Positions 55,797 to 64,000 of a DNA stretch of 64,000 bases are shown in pieces. The DNA comes from Eledone cirrhosa. Taxonomy: Eukaryota. Position numbers and translations under genes: made by a program. How positions within the stretch are numbered: position 1 is the first letter of the stretch; the number at the start of each line of letters is the position of its first letter. Below the pieces are notes generated by a model, which did no database searches, had not been told where the DNA came from, and worked only from the letters and a program-made list of their open reading frames with translations. The DNA is taken from assembly GCA_964016885.1 (NCBI GenBank), contig OZ024746.1, forward strand, positions 79,050,001-79,114,000, written 5' to 3'.

Positions 55797-56935
55797 ACAT
55801 ACATACATACATGGTGGCTGCCAACTCGTTTTCGAGTACGGCCACTACTTTATATCCATGTAGGAGAACCCCTACCGATGCGCTGAACGAGTGTGACTTT
55901 TTAGTCCAGCCAGCGACTTGAAAACTCTGGTACAAACACTACACTTGTGACAATTATTGACACATAGTTCTGGACCCATGTTACCATGTGATGACAAGTG
56001 CAGATAGATCTCCAGATATAAAGCAATGCCTGTGCCGTGAAGCTTTTATAGTGAGCAAAGGCACTGCACAAAGCCAGTCCCACTCTCTTAACCAAGATGA
56101 TATTTACCAAAAAGAAGAACAAGTCAACATCATTGGATACCATCAGAGTTGCAGGTGTTATATCAGAGTTTTCCTTCTCCTAGAATTCTGCCTTGACAAA
56201 GGCTAAGGGGTCATCTCTCCCGGTGATTTTGGATGGCCATTGACTCTTAAGAGCTCCTTTTCCCTTTTGACAGGTTTTGATTTTAGTCCTGCAGGATGTC
56301 CAAAGTCACCCTCCTCACCAAGAAACCTTGGTGGGGTTGCCAGTTTAGTCGCCAACGACCCGACCATGAGACAGGTTGTACATACATACATACATACATA
56401 CATACATACATACATACATACATACATACATACATACATACATACATACATACATACATACATGCATGATGGTTGCCCTCTCGTTATCGAGTATGGCCAA
56501 TGTACGATATACCATTATTAATAATTATTGCCTAATTCTATCGTGCAATATCTGTTAATGAAGATATTTTTTTAAGTGAGGAAAGACTGTGCACTGAGCC
56601 AATCCCACTCTCTGAGCGACAGTAGCTATAACCCGAAAAGAAGAAAATATCAAAATCATCGGTAACTACTGAGCCGCAGGTTTTATATCGGTGTTAGCCC
56701 AGTTTCCTGACTTGCCTTCTCCTAGAAGAATGCCCTGACAAAGGCTAGGGGTCCTTCACTCCCAGTGGTTTAACCGCGCGGTACATGTGTATATACATAT
56801 TTACATACTTTCGGATGGCCGTTGACTCTTATGAGTTCTTCCGCCCTTTGTCAGGTTTTGTTTTTTGTCTTGCAGGGTGTCCAAAATCACCCTCCTCACC
56901 AAGTAAACTTGGTGGGGTTGCCGGTTTAGTCGCTG
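55797..56935 (-). mobile_element. Two tandem non-autonomous RTE-related retroposons with (TATG)n tails (about 55797-56372 and 56380-56935)
   Basis: Two diverged copies share gcgactaaactggcaaccccaccaagg..ggtgaggagggtgac and ctaggagaaggaaaactctga, the latter resembling RTE 5' UTR motifs. Confidence 0.6.
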
Positions 56936-57419
56936 AGTATGACGTCTTTAGCGATCCCTGTCTCGTTCCCATTACTGATGTAATGCTTTATCGCCATGGG
57001 ATCTCCGGTGGCTTGTACAGTCATCTGCTGACCAGCAGATCTGATCACAGACCCCACAAGTTGATGATGTCACCATACCAATTTCTTGATGAACGTTAGT
57101 ATCTTTGTTAATCCTGATTCTCATCGACAGATTTTAGTACAGGTTGGCACTTGAAATTGCTTGTCTGTTTCACATGTGATTTCAAATGGTTAGTTATGAA
57201 AAAAAATTCTATTTTAAAATATTCAAATATATTCCGAGGATAAAATTACATAAAAATAATAAGGGATTTAATATTTAGGGGAACATATAGAGAAATATAG
57301 TAATATTAGAAAGAACTATAAATGCTATAAATAAGAGGGAAAGGGGCAAGAGTTATAAAGCAACGAATAGATAGAAGGTTATGACATTATTGTATGCATG
57401 TTAAAAACAACTTTGTTTT

Positions 57420-57800
57420 TCTTGTCAATGGGATGGTTATACATTCCCTTTTACGAGCTGTATGGAGCAACTTTACATACAGCTTCCATTTCCTTTCTCC
57501 ACCATCGTAAATATTCTTTCTCCAAGCAACACAGTTTGCTGCCGATCCTTCCCAAGTATCAATTCCGATTCTTATTTCCCTTAGGTCAGACTTCAAACAA
57601 TCTTTAAATCTCTTCCTAAGCTTGTGACGAGGTCTGTTACGGTCCATTAGTTTCCCATAGAAATCTTGCTTGGGGAACCGGCATTCACCTAACCGTGAAA
57701 CAACATGGCCAGCCCATCTCAATCAAATTTTATGAGACGTGTCTTCGTGCTCAGACTCTTGGACCATTCAAGCACTTCCGTGTCGTGGGTGTAGACGGTA
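57420..57800 (-). pseudogene. RTE-clade (BovB-like) LINE ORF C-terminal fragment
   Basis: DTEVLE..LRWAGHVVSRLGECRFPKQDFYGKL..RPRHKLRKRFKDCLKSDL..I..DTWE..A..W. Confidence 0.82.
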
Positions 57801-57842
57801 CAATCTCTCAATGTTCTATACCTTAAAAAAACAACAACAAAA

Positions 57843-57887
<45 letters not shown>

Positions 57888-57986
57888 AAAACAAAACAAA
57901 AACAACCAAACACTCTACTTATATCTGAAATTATCTTTCTTACATTAGAAAGGTAACCATTACCAATAGCTTCATCACTCCCCCAC

Positions 57987-58058
<72 letters not shown>

Positions 58059-59062
58059 ATATATATATATATATGTGTATATATATATATATATACACGA
58101 ATTACATGAAAGTGAATATAGCAGATGTAATTTTGCATACTGATTACGAAAACCACAACTATTTTTCTTTTTTGAAAAACTAGTATTAAAGAAGTTAAAT
58201 TTAATCTTTAGATAGTTGTAAATTTTTTATTATTAATATCTTCAAACAATGGTTGTCACTTTTGTAATCAGCATGCAAAATTAGGTCCGTGTAAAAATTT
58301 ACAAAACATCAGACACTGTTCATCAAAAAGAAAGATCCTGGGATTTTTTTTTTTTTTTTTTTTTGTGTGCGTGTGTTTTAATGGTTAAAATGGCTCTTTC
58401 ACAGCGTAACAACTGTTCACACTTTTGCCAAGATACAAGATGCATAACGCTGCTGGTTTTAATTCTCTTGAAGCCCAATACATACACCCTCCTTACTTAT
58501 TGTAGGAAGAAATTTTGCTTACTCATCATTTCCAGGCCTTTTCATGGCTGGCAACCAATAACTTCCTCAACACAGGCGGGGGCATAGCTTCTTCATGTTC
58601 TCTCACTCAACAAGCAATTTTGTTATACAAGTTGGTGGGCGGGGTACTCATATTCTCCTTTATAGGTCACCCAACGATTTGATTGATCGCTATTTTTCGC
58701 CTTTATTTTTTCTTTTACATTTTTATACTTTTTCTTCTGAAGAGAAGTTTCGGCAAAAGCAATAACATTAATAGCATCAGTAAGAACAATGACAATAACA
58801 ACAAACAACATAAACAACATAAATAACATAAACAACATAAACAACAACGAAACGAATAAGAACAACAATAAAAGGAATAAGAAACAATAAATAATAATAG
58901 CAATATTTATAAAAAATAAACTATAAAGTTAATAATAATAGCAATAACAACATTTATAAAATGATAATAAAAATAACAATAAAAACAACAATAATAATCA
59001 CAATAATAACAACAATGAGAAGAGAAAGGAAACGATAAAGAAGAGAATAATAATAATAATAA

Positions 59063-59097
<35 letters not shown>

Positions 59098-59296
59098 ATG
59101 AATGAATGAATGAATGAATGAATAAATAAATAAATAAATAATATTAATACAAAAAACAAAAACAGCAATAATGATGGAAATGATGATGATGACGGCAATA
59201 AAAACTATGATAGCCACAAAATAACAAGATTAACAACTACAATAGCCACCAACACCACAACAACAACCAAACAAAAAACACAAACAAAATAAAAGA

Positions 59297-59363
<67 letters not shown>

Positions 59364-59485
59364 CAACAACAATGAGCCATAAAAATTACAACAACAATAA
59401 CCATAACAAGAAAAACGTTATCAAAATGGAGCTAAGAATATGCAGTGAGGTCAACAGTCAAATCAGTCAACCGCTTTGCTTGCAG

Positions 59486-59581
59486 ACCATTAAACTGATC
59501 AGCTCTGATCTGCATTTGATATCGTATTCTTTGAAAAACAGACTAAGGCTGCTGTCTGCTACTCTTGCAAGCATAGAGGGG
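59486..59581 (+). CDS. Weak candidate 96-bp internal exon (TIKLISSDLHLISYSLKNRLRLLSATLASIEG)
   Basis: Acceptor ctttgcttgcag and donor G|GTAAGC; open in phase 0; no homology recognised. Confidence 0.2.
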
Positions 59582-59850
59582 GTAAGCAAGAGAAGTGTAT
59601 GTGGAGGGCTGTTTGGTGGGCGAGGGAGAGAAACTGCTCTATTGAACACTGTACGACTGACAGAAGTCTGGCGCCTGAACTAATAATTTTTCAATATGGC
59701 TGAATTTATCCATGCAAGCTTAAGCAAGCTTTCTCCCTGTTTTGGTACTTAAGTGAGAGAAACATGTTCCGTTCAAATGAATACTGTCCGTTAACTTGAT
59801 TTTTTGGTTTTCTTACATCCAGCTCCTCGATCTTACACCATAATATACAT

Positions 59851-59888
<38 letters not shown>

Positions 59889-60604
59889 TTGTGTGCGAGT
59901 GTATGTCTCTCTTTCTCCCCCCCCCCCCCCTCTCTAAATATATATATATAATGGATCATGTTATAATTTATTTACTGGAAATTACACTGTGTGTGTGTGT
60001 GTGTGTGTGTATGCTTATATATATAGGCAGACACACATATGTATATGTATATATATATATATATATATACACTCACATACATTGGATCTTCATATGTGTT
60101 TTATTTAGTGAAAATTACACTATTATTTTCATAATATATTCTCCAGCGACAGCAAATGAATAATGTAAATGCTACTCAAATCCCGGGAGGATTCTAAATA
60201 TTTGGCTTCTGTTTAGCTTTTGATCAAGAAGGTTTACGATCAAAAGCGTTCCAGCAAACAAGCACTTCATTTTGTCTTTAAGAAAAAAATGCGTAACCAA
60301 AAGTACTCTATCAGATGTGACCTTCATTTTCGTATCATGAACATTTGATTTGAAGGAAATTTACCTATTATTTCTTGAAGAGTGATTCACTGGATGGGGG
60401 TGGTCTAGTTGGTGTGGTTGTCATTGCTTATTCCCTGGACAGCCATAATAGTGCAAATGATTCATGATAATCTGGCAACAGCAACAACAATAGCAAAAAC
60501 AGTAAGACGAATAACGACAATACCATCTAAATAACAAGGAAAGCACAAGGAAAACAATAACAATAACAGTAATAACAACTACAACAACAACTACTACAAG
60601 AATA

Positions 60605-60790
60605 ATTATTTCTACTTTTGGCGCCATGCTAGCAATTACCCCAGCGCATGACTGGTACTTTATTTTAACGAACTCGTAAGGATGAAAGGCAAAGTTAACC
60701 ACGGCAGGATTTGAACTCAGAACGTAAAGGGCCATAACTCCCTGCTGCAAATCATGGTGTCTGACGTTCTACCGATACTGCCAATCCACC
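60605..60790 (-). mobile_element. SINE with TSD
   Basis: Consensus match; actactacaagaataat / actacgacaagaataat flanks. Confidence 0.88.
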
Positions 60791-60872
60791 ACTACGACAA
60801 GAATAATAAGAACAATAAAAATAAGGTCGACAATAACAAGAACAGAAACATCAACAACAACAAAAATAGAAA

Positions 60873-61063
60873 TAATTGTTTCTACTTTTGGCACAAGGCC
60901 AACAATTAACCAGTACATTACTGGTACTTTATTTTATCGACTCTGTAAGGATGAAAGGCAAAGTTAACCTCGGCGGGATTTGAACTCAGAATGGCAAGGG
61001 CCGTAACTCAATGCGTCAAAGCATTGTGTCCGACCCTCTACCGATACTGCCAATCCACCGCCC
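60873..61063 (-). mobile_element. Full-length SINE
   Basis: Consensus match through the gggcggtgg 5' end; next to (TAAAAA)n at 61066-61178. Confidence 0.9.
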
Positions 61064-61591
61064 TATAAAAATAAAAATAAAAATAAAAATAAAAATAAAA
61101 ATAAAAATAAAAATAAAAATAAAAATAAAAATAAAAATAAAAATAAAAATAAAAATAAAAATAAAAATAAAAATAAAAGCAATAACAATGACAACAAATA
61201 TAACAACAATATTATCAGCAGTATAAGAAGAGCAGAGAATAGGTTGAGGATAGGTAAAATGGAGGAAAGAAACTTGAGCAAACAGATAAAGCGATCAACA
61301 AATTAAAGCTTAGCATATATCTTAATCTCGTTAAGATTTTAACTTAATTACTATCGGTAACATCTTGCAGGCATTCGATTGGCGTTGATTTAATATCGAT
61401 TTTTTTTTCTCTGGAAAACTATCGAGATAAACAGAATTCACTTGGCGAACAGACACACACACACACACACACACTCTCTGAAGCACACACACTTACAAAC
61501 ACATATATACATGAATACATATGCATATAAGTGCACTTATATACATACGTACATATATAAAAACGTATATATATATACATATATTTGTACA

Positions 61592-61664
<73 letters not shown>

Positions 61665-61737
61665 CACACACACATATATATATATGTATATATATATATA
61701 CGAAGCTATATATGTGTGTGTGAATGATTGCGTATGC

Positions 61738-61787
<50 letters not shown>

Positions 61788-62159
61788 GATTCTGTATATC
61801 GAAACACATAAAATCACACACACACACACATATATATATACATATGCACATATGCATACGCGATCATTCACACACACACACACATATATAGCTTCGTACA
61901 TTGGCATACACAGATACAAACAAAAAGTGATACTGAGACTTACACACACACATACATACATACATACATGCATGCATACATATATACATACATGCATACA
62001 TATACTTTGCCACACACACATACATACAAACACCCCTATACATATATGCTTACTTATTGCGTAGGAGAACACGCGCATAGATTCCCTTATAAATTGACAT
62101 ACAAACGTAGACAGGTTTAAACATGTGTGCAATACATGTTTATTCCACTTCCCCACAGA

Positions 62160-62479
62160 ATGACACATGGATGCCTTATATTAAACACAAACATACGCAT
62201 ACATACTCGCACAAAAAAAAAGGGAGCTACAACGTTGTCAGTCTATCTGCTAGAGATAGCAACCAAAGCTCTCTTAAAACACACACTACAGCGTTTAAAT
62301 ATGGATGTAAACATAGATATGACACATGGATGCCTTATATTAAACACAAACATTCGCATACATACTCGCACGAAAAAAAAAAGGGAGCTACAACGTTGTC
62401 AGTCTATCTGCTAGAGATAGCAACCAAAGCTCTCTTAAAACACACACTACAGCGTTTAAATATGGATGTAAACATAGAT
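62160..62479 (+). repeat. Tandem duplication, unit about 160 bp, two copies
   Basis: atgacacatggatgcc...aacatagat at 62160-62318 and 62319-62479. Confidence 0.95.
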
Positions 62480-62489
62480 ACTAAAGTTT

Positions 62490-62730
62490 GTCTCGAGCCA
62501 CGAGGTTCATCAGACCGGTACTTATCCCGGTTTTAGTGTCGTGAAACGACTGATAGCACAAGACTGCCCCCTGGACAGGACGTCAGACCATCGCAGGTTT
62601 AAATCACCAGCTATTGCTGGCACTAGTTTTCAGCTGAGTATACTGCAGCAACGTGAAAAGAAATTGATTTGCTTGAGAAAACAGCAGAAACCCAATCCGG
62701 GAATCGAACACATGATATCATTATCGTGAG
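62490..62730 (-). mobile_element. Second SINE family (tRNA head with conserved central domain)
   Basis: Minus-strand B box gttcgattccc near 62708 and aacctgcgatggtctgacgtcctgtccagggg; related fragment at 10425-10515. Confidence 0.6.
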
Positions 62731-62734
62731 ATCA

Positions 62735-63137
62735 GGGCGGTGGATTGGCAGTATCGGTAAAGGGTCGGACGCCATGCTTTGACGCATAGAGTTACGGTCC
62801 TTTATGATCTGAGTTCAAATCTCGCCAAGGTTAACTTTGTCTTTCATCCTTACGGGCTCGATAAAATAAAGTACCAGTCACGTACTGGAGTCGATTTAAT
62901 CGACTTTCTCCTCCCCTGGCCTTGTGCCTATATAAGAAACTATTGTTGATTGGCAGTATCGGTAGAGGGTCGGACGCCATGCTTTGACGCATAGAGTTAC
63001 GTACGGCCCTTGCCATTCTGAGTTCAAATCCCGCCAAGGTTAACTTTGCCTTTCATCCTTACGGGGTCGATAAAACAAAGTACCAGTAATACACTGATAA
63101 AATTGCTGGCCTTGTGCCAAAAGTAAAAAACAATTAT
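62735..63137 (+). mobile_element. Two tandem SINE copies (long 62735-62942, short 62947-63137)
   Basis: Both have A/B boxes and the family body. Confidence 0.9.
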
Positions 63138-63415
63138 CGTAAGATCAACAGCCTTACCATTAGGCCTTGTGCCTCCACTAAGCGTAGATACACTGTTTGA
63201 ATAAAAGATGGAATAATCATGACTAGCACGTCTTTGATTATAGGTTTGTTTGATTATCATTGACTGCCATTGCCAACACCACTCACAAGATATAGAGACA
63301 CTCCCTTTACCATTGCTACCACTGTGAGTTCGAATCTCGTTGGTGTCAAATTACTCTTCTGCGATCCATCAAATAAGTACGTCCGAATTTCCACGGTCGA
63401 TTGGCCATTCAGTAC

Positions 63416-63985
63416 AACCACCACCACCACCACCACCAGCAGCAGCACCACCACCACCACCACATCCACCACCACAGCCGCAAACATCTCCACCTCCACC
63501 TCTACAACAACTACCACCACCACCACCACCACCAAAACCACCACCACCACCAACACCACCACCACCACCACCACCACAACCACCACCAAAACCACCACCA
63601 CCACCAACACCACCACCACCACCACCACCACCACCACCACCACCACCACCACCACCACCACCACAACCACCACCACCACCACCACAACCACAACCACCAC
63701 CACCACCACCACCACAACCACCACCACCACCACCACCACCACCACCACCACCACCACCACAACCACCACCACCACCACCACCACCACCACCACCACCACC
63801 AACACCATTGCAAATACCGTCACCACAACAATTCCCTGCACCCCCCGCCCCTTCCACCAAATCGGGCCCACCTCACTACAAACACCACCATCGAAGCCGC
63901 CACCACCACCACCACCACTGATGCCGCCTCCACCATCACCACCGCTACCACCGCCACCGCCTCCATCGCCGCTGCCGTCACCACC
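63416..63985. repeat. (CCA)n trinucleotide repeat
   Basis: Direct reading; gives the poly-P/G/V/W ORFs. Confidence 0.95.
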
Positions 63986-64000
63986 TCCCCTGTCTCTGCC

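Overview
Very AT-rich, microsatellite-saturated eukaryotic DNA with (TA)n, (CA)n, (GA)n, (TATG)n, (CTAT)n, (TAG)n, (CCA)n, (TTC)n and (GAT)n tracts. The tRNA-derived SINE that recurs about 13 times resembles, from memory, octopod (Octopus-like) SINEs, so this is probably intronic or intergenic cephalopod sequence. Nearly all ORFs in the supplied track are microsatellite artefacts, and no intact protein-coding gene is recognisable. There are a few weak exon candidates, the best being a minus-strand start-codon exon at 19008-18856. Decayed retroelements include three Penelope-like element (PLE) remnants with GIY-YIG and/or RT homology and LINE fragments of the Tx1/L1, RLE-type, RTE and CR1/L2-like kinds, plus small DNA-transposon MITEs. 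There is also a 2.5-kb tandem duplication and a 31-bp minisatellite. The main unexplained signal is a high density of type I hammerhead-ribozyme (HHR) folds: about 8-10 unrelated sequence families at more than 15 loci. Several sit in PLE terminal repeats, and several lie in short sense/antisense fold-back palindromes embedded in (TA)n, with inversion junctions at the ribozyme core. Four of the families share a non-canonical U.U at the base of stem II. Two LINE families also appear to target specific tetranucleotide microsatellites: Tx1 into (CTAT)n and the RLE-type element into (CATA)n. All calls are by eye; no searches or folding programs were run.
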